The translations under genes and the position numbers were made by a program. Source: Hormiphora californensis (taxonomy: Eukaryota; Animalia; Ctenophora). From it: a stretch of DNA of 64,000 nt. Shown piece by piece: positions 13,501 to 27,000 of this stretch. The notes below the pieces were generated by a model. It worked only from the letters and a program-made list of their open reading frames with translations. It was not told where the DNA came from and did no database searches. The stretch spans positions 3,906,001-3,970,000 of the forward strand of contig CM035352.1 of the NCBI GenBank assembly GCA_020137815.1, written 5' to 3'. How positions within the stretch are numbered: position 1 is the first letter of the stretch; each line of letters starts with the position of its first letter.

Positions 13501-16500
13501 GCAGTGGGGCGGGGTGCGAAAAATCCCTGCGATTGGACCCAAGGTAATCAGGACCAGCTGCATAGGTCTTCCTGCCAGGGGTATATAGAGACCCTGCTCT
13601 CCTGGACACCTCTCACTACCAATCATCACAACAGCAGTGTTTCAACCACCATCCTGACTGTTAAAATGCTGATACTCTTCCTACTGCCCGCTACAATCCT
13701 CGCCGCTTCCATGGATCACGCTGCCCGATACAATAACTTATTGATGAATGAGGAGGGGGAGGCCATCTTCTATGCCAAGAGGGATGTGGAGGGGGAAGTC
13801 ATTGAGGACCAACTTGGAGAGGCACTTTTCTACGCCAAGAGGTCTACAACGGACGATATTATTGAGAGTGAAAGCGGCCAGGCCCTATTCTACGCAAAAC
13901 GTTCTGAGGGAAGTGAGGAGGAGGGTGCTTTGTTCTACGAAAAAAGGTCAGCCGACCAGGAAACCATTTTGAATGAGGAGGGGGACGCGATTTTCTACGC
14001 TAAACGTTCAGCTAACGATGTCATCTCCAATGAGGCAGGGGATGCCATCTTCTACGCAAAAAGAGCCGCTGAAATTATCGAGAGCGAAGAGGGAGAAGCG
14101 ATTTTCTACGCCAAGAGGGAGGCAGATGATACAATCTTGAACGAGGAGGGCGACGCAATATTCTATGCGAAGCGATCTGCAGATATGCCCCACCTAACTG
14201 CTGAGGAAGTGGAAGCGGAGAGGATAAAAGCAATGGAGCTGTACCACAAGGTCGGCGAGTTCTTAGGATTCAACTGATATGGGGAGCTAGCCGATCGATG
14301 GATGGAGAACAGCTACGACAAGGGATACTATTATATTATGAGCACACTTTTGTCCAGTTTTAATAAATATAAACCGAGAGTTTTATATTTTGTAACAAAC
14401 CAATAATAATCAATAATCACGTACCATAATCACTGACACACCATGAAACTGAATAATTGTATTCATAACACTATAATCCTGTAGGAGATACAATCGAAAT
14501 GGACCCACATCATCCACAGTTACAACAAAATGGGTTTAATGGCGACCCTGGTGAAACCTGTTATCGTGGCGAGAGACTATGACTTTTACGACTATCACCG
14601 AAATGGTTGGTGAACGAAAGGGCGGAAACTTTCTTCTAAAATAGCAGACATTGATTTGAGATAAGAGGGCCAGTACAAGCTTTGGGCCTGATCTGAAGCT
14701 GTAAAAGATGAGTCATCTAAAGACGTTTCATTTTAGATAACTTTACGTTGCCGACACCAGCGATAGTAAAAATGGAGCGTGAAAGAGTTCGAAACTCTGT
14801 CAACTCGACCTCAAAACTGCTTGGTGTGGTGGCCATTGAATATCCACTTTTCCGATCACTAGGTATGGCGTAAGTATCAGCTGGTAGCCTGTCTGACAAC
14901 TTAGGTGGGGTCCGCGGCGCCAGACAGCGGGTCGCTGTGTTTCAAGGACCTATATTTTGATGACTTCCTACCCTTAGAAAGGGGAAGATATGAGGGGCAA
15001 TTAGGACTTAGTTTGATGATATCAATTTGATGACGTTCTGATGCGATGACTTTCATGGTAGAAGCTGTAACCAACAACTATAATAATTCCCACATAGTAA
15101 CGGAGAGTGTTTTGGGTAACTTTGTTCGAGTGATAACCATGAAGGAGGAACATATTCTAACCCATCCAGAAATCAGGGAATACTCCCGACTCTTTGAGTT
15201 CCAGCAGGTACATTTCAACTTAAACCATAGTGGGTGCATAAACGTCCGCCTTATAGCAAGGAACTCTGTTATATCGACTAAAGTTTATAAGCCACTATAC
15301 ATAAAACCGGGTTTTCTAAAACACTCGTGTTTGTTATTATAAAACCGTGTATATATAATATTTTTCCAATTCCTAATTTAATTCAAAATTTCACTTGGTA
15401 TCGGGTTAAATGAGCTCCTACGATCATTCTAAAACATTTTATCACAAAGTTTTGGCTCTACCATGGCCCAATTACGTTGGCACGAGCTATGCCCATATAT
15501 GGGCATATTCATTTCAAAAAGTCTGTTTTAGGGCGTTATTTCGAACAAAACACACATACCAATCGTCTCGTGACAACTTATACAACTGTTACTTTCAGTT
15601 TGAGCCTTCAGATATCCACTTTATGAACAAAAATAAAAAATTTTCTCCCTTTTTTTTCTTGCTAATTTTACCAACTTGCAGAATCGTGGGGACGAATTTT
15701 AATTTTTTTAGTTTTTTCTTGGTGGAAAGCAAATTTCGGTTGTAATCGACTAATTTTGGCCTGCGGAACACGATCCCGTTCATGAAAAAGCTCTCAAAAT
15801 TGAAGAACATGTCCAAAATGAACATTTTTTGTCAAAAATGAACATTTTTTTGTCAAAAATGAACATTTTTAGGTCAAAAATGAACTTTAGCATCATTTAA
15901 TGATGCATATCAATTCCTGTCAGTTTCGAGGTGCTGAACACAATCCTGATCATAAAAAGTTGATATCAAGAACATGCAAAAACTGGTGAAAACCACACAT
16001 ATTTTCCTGTATTTACCATTTTTCGGTTAAAAACTACACTTTTTAAATCGCGATGCCAACGTAACTGACAAACACTATCCCGATTCTGTTTTGCTGATGT
16101 GATAGAGAATTGTCCATAGTTTCACATAAGCTAGATACTGAATTTGAAATAGCACACCCTAATATATATCTCATAGAAATATAAAATAGAATGCAGCATG
16201 GGATTCACACTTGACACTAAAGCTCACCGTGCTTTGCAGGTAGAATCGAGCCCAAATCCGAAACAAATTGGGAAGATACAGGGCAGTCACAGTGAGTTGA
16301 ACCATCTGTATTTGAGTCTCCCTGTCTTCTTTACTCCCCTGTACGGTCCCCCGGGCCGGGATACTCTAGTGTGGACTAACTACAAGGTAAACGTTTATAA
16401 AACAGTGAGAAACGGACATTGGACAACTTATTTTTTTAGAACCATTCATTATGATACAACTTATGATAACTAGATAAGTAATTTAATCAAATAATTAATT

Positions 16501-17702
16501 TTAATAGTCCCGTGTCCGGGCCTTCTTGGAAGCATATTAACACCTCATATCACTATAGGTGAACCCGATAGGTGACTCTCCCTTCACAGTCGGTCTATCA
16601 GTCCCACTACTTCTCAACTACCAGTACCAGTTCAACAACACTAATGATATCGATACAGGAAGGGCTGCCCTCCTGGCGTATCAGGCTAATATCAGCTTTA
16701 GAAGCCGTCTTGCTAGTGGGTGTAAACCCGTTATAGACTTCTTGGTGAGTTTCACTGGGACCAACCAGATTAGTATAGCACAATGATTTTGTACATGAAT
16801 AATGATCTATGATGCTGTACATGATGGAGTATATAATGATCTGCAAATTTCTCTCATAACTCATATTTTAGAAACAAAAGAACTTTGATCCTTCTTCTTC
16901 TGCACAGAGTGAGATAGAAAACAAGGAAGATTTGGGTGATATGATTTTGAGGGGTTTCATGGTTTCCACCGACTCCGCTGCTGAAGTTCCTGCTCACCTG
17001 GTGTGCCTGCATGATCTCTACCTGCCTACTCTTATGGAGGGATACGCACTACGTCGGGTGAGTTCTCGACACACAAACTATAGCTTAGGTCTGAAATTTA
17101 ACTGATGAACCCGAAGGAGCAAACAAAATCCCCAACTGAGAACTATATGGCTGATAACCACTAAATGCCTATCCTTGATCTCTGTTTCCTTTATCAAGAG
17201 CTAGAAAAATGAAACCTTGATCTCTATTTCCTTTATCAGGAGCTAGAGAAGTGGAACCAGGACGGAGGACGGAAGAAGATTTTCTTTCACTCCCCAACAG
17301 GCACAATCTACATGTCACCTAAACGGTAGGGTTTTTAATCACTTCAATTCATCGTTCCTATATCTGTATTCTGTCATTCTCCACACCAACCGAAATGGTA
17401 GTAGGTAGTATAGACCCACCAAAGTCCAGTCCTGAAAATGCCTTTTAACATTATGCTACTTGATCACATTCTCAGTGTACTGTTGGTACAGATTTTGACC
17501 AGTATAAAGCCTGTATAAAGCCTATTTTCACAGTCACATGTATGATAGTGATATGATAATGATATTCACATATCGTTTACATGCCACCATTGTACAGCTC
17601 TCTTGTTTTGTATAAAATATGTGGCTCCTCCATGCCATCTCCTCTTTTATTTGTATCGAGCCATCTCCGATGTGGCCGTGTACAAGAGAGGGGGGAGAGA
17701 GA

Positions 17703-17799
<97 letters not shown>

Positions 17800-20700
17800 G
17801 GGTGAGTGAAAGAGCATACATTTCATATTGTGTGTCTCTATCAATTACATTACTTTGTTGTATGTACAACAACTCTTTCACTATGATATATGAATGTGGG
17901 AAAGCGACAGAGCGAGACGACTATTGTATCATGGTAGGAGGGGGTGTGATCAGATCGAATAAAAAGAACACATTTTAAAAACAGAAAAGATAGTTGTGTT
18001 AGGAAAATACACGTGGAAGTAAGTTACGGGACTTTAAATAAAAAGAGAAATCATAATAGCGACTGACAAACTTGTTACCCTTGTCCATGACCCAGTATCG
18101 GTAGGATGAGATGCGGGAGAAATATATAATCGGGTTGACAAGAGAGTTCATACTGATCAGAAGGATATCTGAGATATTCCAGGAGTAGTTATACATGAAG
18201 GGAGTGTCATAAAAGTGGGCCGGGTACACAAGATCCTTGTCCATCTCAATAATAGTCCACAAGACATAGTTCGCCACGAGGGGAATATTAAACAGAATGT
18301 AGACCAATGTCATGATGATAATTGTACACGATGCTGAATACTTCTTATCTTGACAGTCCTGATCCACACTCGGGGTTGTGGTTCTCACCCACACACAAGA
18401 TATAATGCAACTGATGGTGATGGGCAGGATAGGAAGAGCCTGGACGATAATATCTAACACAGTGTCGAGTTGGTTCCAAATAGCATTGATGCCTTCGTCC
18501 CAGCAGTAGATTTCAGACCCGGTGTAAATGAAAGTTGTCTTCCCCAATACGAGAGGTATGGTCTGGTTCAGGATGAGGTAAATTAGAAACACAGCCACTA
18601 TGATAAGAATACTCCTCTTGGGTATCTGTACAAACGGTTTGATGAGGATCAAAGTCCGAGATATACTCAGTATGGCCACGAGAAAGACAGAAAAACTAGC
18701 CTGACCCTTGGCAAACATGCCCACCACCGTACAGATGAAGGGGAAATCGTAGAGCGTGGGTTTCCGCGAGTTTCCTAAACTTGGGATAACGGGAAATGTC
18801 ATGAAACAGATAATCATATCATTGAGTGATATAAACAGGTACAGATAAGTGGGGACGTCCTTCTTCTTGCTATAAAAGTAGGTAAACGCAGTGAGGTTGG
18901 AGAAGGTTCCCACGGTGAAAACAATCACGTAGATTGACAGAAGGACATAGTCTGCGGTAACTGAGAATTGTTCTTCCAGAGGTATGTCGGAGTCATTTCC
19001 CATCTGATCATGACGTGTTTAAATAGTTAGTTGAACTTGTACAATGAAATGGCAAGTAATAAAAGGTACATGCTAGTGGTACACTTGAGAACTGTTAACA
19101 TAACCACTAACAAGCATTGAAACTGGGGGGTTGGAGTAGGTCCTACACAGTGCAGTACAATATAGTGTGTTTGTATGTGGAATGACCAGTAACTGGTCAT
19201 ATCAATAGAATTAACTGCAATAACCTGCCATCGCTCATCAACGATGATCAAGTAAATACAACGAATGATGAGTCATCATTATAGCTGTATTTGCTAAGGC
19301 AATCGACAACTCGATATGATATGTTACAGAATTCTTTGATTACGCTTTTTATCGGATAAAAATGGAATGCATTCTCTCCAGCTGGTAAGAGCGATAGAGC
19401 ATGCAAAGAAGAAGTAGTTATGAAATTAAAGGACAACAAAGCATACATTATATATTGCTGAAGCAGCATATGTCATATATAACATATGCTTTGAAACGTT
19501 GCATCATATATTTAATAGAAATGTCTGAGAACAATAAAACCCCTACTCATTTTGTCGGAAGTCGAGAACTAAACTTCCTCCTTGTCTGATATATCAGAAA
19601 ATGAGGAAGTTTTTCTCTGCGTTGTTCTGTATATGAGAACAACGCAGAGAAAAAGAGTTGGACTCCTTGAAAAGCTTATCTTACTTATACCTATCATCAT
19701 TATGCCTACTAGTTATACATATTATTATAATATAGTAAATAACGATTTGTTTTAAACTTTGCTCAACGCATCGAGTCATGTACTAATTAAACGATTAATT
19801 CAAGAGCATCATTCAATCACCATGGCAAGATTAAAACAAACATCGCAGGTATTTGTCCCTTTGGAAGTCTCCTGTCTCATTGAAAAAGGCTCATGGTCGG
19901 ATTATATATATAATGCGAGAGAAACCATGTAGAGAGATCAAAATAGACATAGAAAATAGAAATCTGGTAAAAGAAATGAACACGATAGATCTCAATACGA
20001 AGAGAGGGAGGGGATAATAAAAAGAGATAGGGTAGAAGGAGTGAAAATATAGTGGATGTATATATGTATACGTCTCTGCTGCAGCAGGCTCGCATGCCGA
20101 TTTGATCACTCTAATGAGAGCTGCACGCATCCATACAAACTAAACCCGAAGAAGATCCAAGCTGTTTTCTTACAGCATCATCTCAGAATCATCTCAATTA
20201 CAGCTGGCAACCAGTCAACATCATGATAATTTAACAAAACTGATCGCCCTCAATTTAATGGACAACAACTAGCTAGAGGAATATGTTTTATGAAACGGGA
20301 CCTGGATAGCGAAACCAGCATAGGATAGAATAGATGGAAAAGCACATACATAGAAGAATGGTAGGACAGTGAATGATCATTTTTACTAAAAAAGAGGGGC
20401 TTCTGTGTCGACTGAACGGGTGAATGATTCGGTTGGAGGACTAAAAAGGTCCTAAAAGTTCAATGCAATGGAGTAAAACAACATACAATGGTGGGCCGAG
20501 ACAGAACTGAGACACACAGAGAGAGCACTGCTGGACAGTATATTATAGTTAATATAATTCTACCGGTATATGAATAATTGGTAGGGGTGGGCAATTATTT
20601 ATATTTTCTTTCCCTCCACACTTCAACTATATTCTAGTCCGTACTATTTGGTAGTTTCTTTCTCTCTCTCTCTCTCCATTATATATTATCTCTCACTCTC

Positions 20701-23700
20701 TCACTCTCTCTTTATCTCTATAATACATCTATCCATCTCCCTCTCTTTCATTCTCCATCTCCCCCTCCCTCGTCTGTGAGGCTGGGCTAACTGTCACGCT
20801 GACGCCTATCAAGGACCCTAAACTAAGGTTCCCATTGTCTACCTCTCGAGTAAGGCAACGGAATTAATTTTATCGGTTAAGCCCCCGTTTAAACGCTCTC
20901 TCTCACGAGGTCAATAGTATCCCTCAGCTGGAAACACACGTCGCCTGATAGTGGTGTGGTGTTTCATACACTCATGAGTTGTATATACCGACTAGACATT
21001 CTGTCATGACAATATCCTACCAACTATTATACTACGACTACTAGATGTTGTGATAATTTTGACCTACGTAATCCCGAAGGCTCCATCAAGGCTGCACTAT
21101 CTTTCTCTCTGTCATTATCGGAAACATCTCATCACTTATCTTAACTAATCCACGATGCGTGCTCAGAGAGATGAAAGGATAATGATCTATACGTAGGACT
21201 TAGGAGGTGTCAAGAAGCGACAGAGAGGAGCATCGGGAGAGTTGGAGAGAGATACAAAATATGGCTGCGGCAGGCTGAACTAAAATAAGAGAAAGAAGTG
21301 AAAAGAGAGAAAACATGTGTGCCAAGAGATTTGAGCAAGATCCGAAACGAGAAAGAGAGAGAGAGAGATAGACTACAAAGCTTAACATATTCATGTTCAT
21401 CTGACAAATGTTCATCTCTGATTTCTAATCTCTAATTCTCTACAAATAATATCACCATCTCCACTTTTGCTTTCGCTGTTTTATTTTTCTGTCTATCATC
21501 GGCCTCTCGGATAACGCCCCCTAGATTCCTATTTAGCTTGTCACCGATCTGTCGTACGTATTATATTCTAGTTTCCTACTTCTCAATCTTCCTCTTTTCT
21601 CTCAAACACACACTCTCATTTTCTCTCAATCTTTTCTTTCTCTCTCTCTTTTCCATCTTGCTCTCTCTTTTCATTTGAACTCTGATCATGCCTCACAAAA
21701 TGTTGTTCACGTTGCATGACTTAGTGAAAACATCCAGAAACTAAAAGAGTAAATTCTCATGTGAAGCTTAACTATCTCACACGGATTAATATCATATCCA
21801 ATGATCTTCAATGATGTCCAACAATCTCCAACGATCTTAAATAATCTCATCCAATGATTTGCTAGATCTCAGTAAAACAATATCTATCGAATATATTACA
21901 AAAGGAAACAAAAAAGATATGGTAAATATAGCCAACTATCCAAGTGAAAAGGCACGTATCTAATGAGCGGAGCGATATAGTTCCTTTGAGGATACCCGCT
22001 GAGATATATATTGACATACACACACACGATAAATTGTCTTTGATATAGTAATCGCTAGGTACAATACAACGTGAGCAAGGTCGTAAGCATGGAATACTAT
22101 TTTCGTAGACCAAGTGTTAGAAATAAGATACCCTAGCCACAGCTACTGTTTGACCTCGTCGACCACGGATCAGCTATTATGTAACATGAACATATTATTC
22201 CTATGGATAGATCATTTGAAACATAAAAAGGGTTCGAACTAAACAAAGCTCAGCTTCAAATTCCGAGAAAAGGGTGAGCCCTTTCTTTGTCGGCGTGGGG
22301 CAGCTCTTGAACACCATCAGACCGGAAAATATGTTTGATAATTACAACCCTAGCTCCATAATTAAATCGCTCATGTGCTGTATCATAGTTGTACCGTTAA
22401 CTTTCGATTTACAAGCCTCTTCAGCATGTATGACGTATGTGTGTGTATAATTTAGCGGAAGAAACAAACTGGTGGCAAAAGTTAAGTTAAATTTTGTTGA
22501 AGTTGGCAACCCCCTTCTTGTGCTCTCACCTTGCCTAGCTAGACTTGCCTAGCTAGACTTGCCTAGCTAGACTTGCCTAGCTAGACTGTGCTTTTCGCGC
22601 CCCACCCTCCTTTACAAATGTAAAGGAGGGTTAGAACATAACAACTCTCACCACATGTTAACACATGTGGTATGCACGTAAAAATTGATAAATATCACAT
22701 GCGCCTGATTTTGGGATAATTTCAAAAAATCCAACTTAAGTATCATGGTGGTGTAAGATCTAAAAAGAGCTGCTGCTGCACCACCTGTCACCACTTGTAC
22801 CTATCCGACAAGTGATCTCGAACATTGCATCTCTAAAATATGTGAGTGTGATCTAGGTAGTAGAGGGGTTCTCCATTTTGCCAATTCGTTGCGGATTTGT
22901 TGCATAACCGTTGCTGATTCGTTGCATAACCGTTGCGGAAAAGTGGAAATAGAGAACCCCTGACTACTACCGTGAACCACTCCATATAAAAAAGTAGACT
23001 TTTAAAAACGGGCTATTAAAGCGAAAACCGGTTTATGGCACAGTTTTGTGAGTTGGAAAAACTGAAATAGTAACTGATACTGCTAATACCTAACTTTACA
23101 CTAGTACTATCTCATGAAAACATGTGCCTAAATTATGTGTAAAACTAACTGAGAGAACTCTGTCCCTGCATTAAATATTACTGTAATCCATTCAATCCTC
23201 TACGTGACCTCGATATAGATCATGGGTGCTATTATAGTCAGTACGTGTATATTCAAGGTGTATCAAAAATCAACGAGGTGCAGCCGTACTTTTTGACATT
23301 TTACTAACTGCATACGATCCAAAAGCTTGCTCTCTCGCATATATTTGAAAAACAATGTTACAAGTAGAGATTGTTAGAGATCTTAACGAAGTACTTATTC
23401 AACAAAGTAAAGAGCAGAGAGAGAGCTTAATTGGGGGTGAGGTAGAGAGCTTTAAGTAGCTAAAACAGTGTGTAATTGTACACGTGTTTATTATTGGCAT
23501 CAAAGTAACAGAAGTAAATTCCTGGGCCTGAGACACTGCTAAGACGTTTTAAGACATTTTCTAGGTCATTGGGAGTTTGGATCCCTACGCTGGGTAAAGT
23601 AGCCGCCTGTGCTACATTTTTCCATCTCAGCCCCTTGCAGGGCTGAAGCAGCCTCAACGAAGATAAAGAAGGGAACTCGGTGTCCAGATCCTGGCAACGT

Positions 23701-23929
23701 TGGCTGGATAGGTCCAAAAATGGCCATTTGTGTTGGATCAGTTCCTTCTACCCACCCCTTTAAATTTTATGGAGACCTCATTATGAGGTCAACGTATTAA
23801 TATCATATCAATATCATATAGGCGCACAGTAGAGGATAATAAGATCTTTATTAACGTTCCTACTCCAAGGATGGGCAGACAGGGGACAACTAACTAAGGG
23901 GAACATGATGAGAGAGGGGATGAGAGAGG

Positions 23930-24005
<76 letters not shown>

Positions 24006-27000
24006 CATATCTAGGTGGAAATATAGCGGTAGTTAAAACCATCCAGTTGAGCTATATAGTCGCCCATTTAATTAAGGAACATGTCCGATATAGGACTGTC
24101 ATTATAGAAAAGTTACTACTGCAATTAGCATTACTAGCTCTCAAGTCTCGTGGAGTAATTAAATATAATAAATTATAGAATACACTAGTGGTGGCTGAGA
24201 AAATTCAGCTTTGTTACTCAATATTCACAATAAATCTACACGCATTGTCAGGCCGATGAGAATAGGTTCAGGCTAATGATCTGACTGTACACGAAGCAAA
24301 GCAAGTCGATTCGGATAAATGCAGATGTCGCAGTGCTTATATCCGTTTCGATGGCTGATTAACAGTCGGACCCCGATGGCGTTTCGATGGCTTTTCAGTC
24401 ATGGTCCTTTCGGTACATATTTTCTGTAGCATATAATTCAGATTGCATAATACATGCGGCATGAGAACAGTGACAAGCCCGGATACTGAGTGATAAAGAG
24501 AGTATTATACAGGTGCGGCACTACGATTCGGATGGCGATGACTAGACGTCTACCACACCGGTTTATACCAAAGCTTTATGTTGCCATATTACATGCGTCA
24601 TGTTACTTATTCTCTATATCCTCTCTCTCTCTCTCTCTCCCTTTCTCTCTCTTATATCTCTCTATATCACCCTATCGACATACAATATAGCAGGGTGCAA
24701 TCTTACAATGAAGTTAAGATTGGTCCTAACAACTACAGACTCAGAACTTTGCCATGGCGAAATATGTGTCATGGACAAAATTTTAGGGGGTAATCATATT
24801 ATCATAACTAATTGATAGGTTCGTGTCATATTTTTATCTTCCTCACTCATTTCTCTCTCGCATACAGCTGGTGTGTAGCACTTTGAGTTTACCCGCGATA
24901 TATGATCACTGGTACAATTAGACGCTTGACATGCACTAATTGCACCAAGGTTACCAGCGGAATGACCTAGGTGAAGGAGAGAGAGGGCAATTTAACCAGT
25001 TACAGTTATATAAAACACCTGCACACGATCCATTCACGCTCCGTAGCTCTCGTACGTAACATAATATTTTCAATATTTAATTGCCTACTGCCCGTGGTAC
25101 TGGTTATGTTCTTACCCTCATTTATGGAGAGAGAGGGCCTGACGGCCAACGGTATCGGTACATGTCTAGACCAATTAAGATGATGAAGAATAAATATTAG
25201 GCCAGATTGAGAACACACGTACACGTGCACTTAAGATGTGAGAGAAAAAATGGGGTTTCAGGCATAAATACTTTGACTAAATGAGAATATCCTAGTTCTT
25301 GGAGACTTCTTGGAGCATTAGAGGCGATGTATATCAGTTCGAATCGCAAGTCTGTATTTCGGCTTGATGTGACACATGTAATAACGTTACACTAGAGATA
25401 CAAAATTAATTTGTTGCTGAAATTTTATCTATCACATATCATATTATAAAATATCATAACATAAATATCATCTGTAACATGAATTAGTTAACAGGCCAGA
25501 AATAGATCTGTAATAAATATCCATTTATTAGATACCACACCTGCCTTATAAATGTAGACAGATGAGGTACTGTTACGATTAATTGACCTAAATACTGTAA
25601 AGCTGCTTTACTAACGACAATATATTTTCACGGAATTAATTTTCGCGGATTCCACCTCGAAAATGAATGGCTTTACAGTACTTCATCTTAGGAGATGAAT
25701 TTCAGTTATGTCTTTACTAGACATGCTGGAATGCATACAATGCATACAAAACCACGAATTAGGAGACACAATGGAATGCTAAGCCAGATTAAATATGCTT
25801 TTGAAGATTCATTCTTCTATATATCCCTCTCTTTATTTCTTCATGCCCCCGTAATACTCCCCGTCTCGAGCAGCTCCTGCTCGTCAAGTGCACTCGTATT
25901 TAAAATTATTGTAATTGTGAATTATTAAAATATTCAGCGCTCTACTGCGGTTAAAGGTCATAACAACTGTGCACCGTGATTTTTAACACACACACACACA
26001 TACATGTAAGCTCTTCTACGCGTATATCCCATCCCCTTTGATAATACCTTTTATATTCTCTAGACCCCTTAGTATCATGGATATCATAAGGTATCATAAG
26101 GTATACAGTTACCAAAATTCACCGGGTACTGTTTTATATACTACTTGAAGATTACAAAAGTTTTCTATTTTTAGGGTGGGACGCGAAGTAAAAGCAGGGA
26201 GTACGGATCTATTTGAAGATCACCTGTTCTCAAAGATAGCCTCCTCTGATCCCGTTGATACGTTGTACGTCTCCCTTCCTGCTGTAACGGATAACGCAGA
26301 GATATCGTTTAACCTGTCGAAAAGGGTACCTTTAAGGGTGATCAGACCGGAGCCAGATCAGCCAATTGGAAAGGTAGGGTGTTTTTAAAACCACGGGGGG
26401 TGTGGATAGCATAACATTGTCATGATATAATATTATACAATCATACTACATCACCTAGCAACTACACCTGCACGTGCAATTATTAGAGCAACTTAGAAAC
26501 CTCACTCCCAGTTGCAGTTTTGGGTACTAAGGGAAATTCAATTCTGCACGTGCATTCTTTTACTTTTGTCCTGATTTCTAACTCTTCAACCCCAAGCGCT
26601 ATTCGGCAACGGTCATCTGGGTCCGGAAGACTTGCTGCTGTCAGGGAGCAGGCTAGAGAATATGACAGATTACGCCAACGTGTTCAAGCGAGCCAATCAA
26701 CGACTACTGATAGCTTTACCCAACGTCGCCCGGCCAAGGGTGATTAGTAATCAGCCTTCCCTATTTATCAAAATTTTTGAAATTCAAAAATGTGCCCCCT
26801 AGAATATGTTGACGACATCATAACTAGAGGGGAATCACCTTAGAATAACATCTTGAATGAATGCAGAGCTGCCGCATCCGGCCTAAAATTGTGCGAGTGT
26901 TTGCGATCCAATGCAAATGTTTGCGATTGATTGCAAATAGTTGCGATAAAATGCGATAAAATGCGATAAAATGCGATTGCGACATAATGCGATTGTTTGC

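Noticed and set aside
13504-13665. N-terminal 54 aa of the 257-aa ORF call
   Set aside because: It starts at GTG and overlaps promoter-like motifs. The ATG at 13666 directly precedes the signal peptide.
15394-16090. Possible TIR element in alpha2/delta intron 12
   Set aside because: Only about 6 bp of terminal complementarity and no convincing TSD.
26520-26747. Short charged ORF in an alpha2/delta intron
   Set aside because: Non-ATG start, no recognisable motif, and the flanking host exons join in phase without it.
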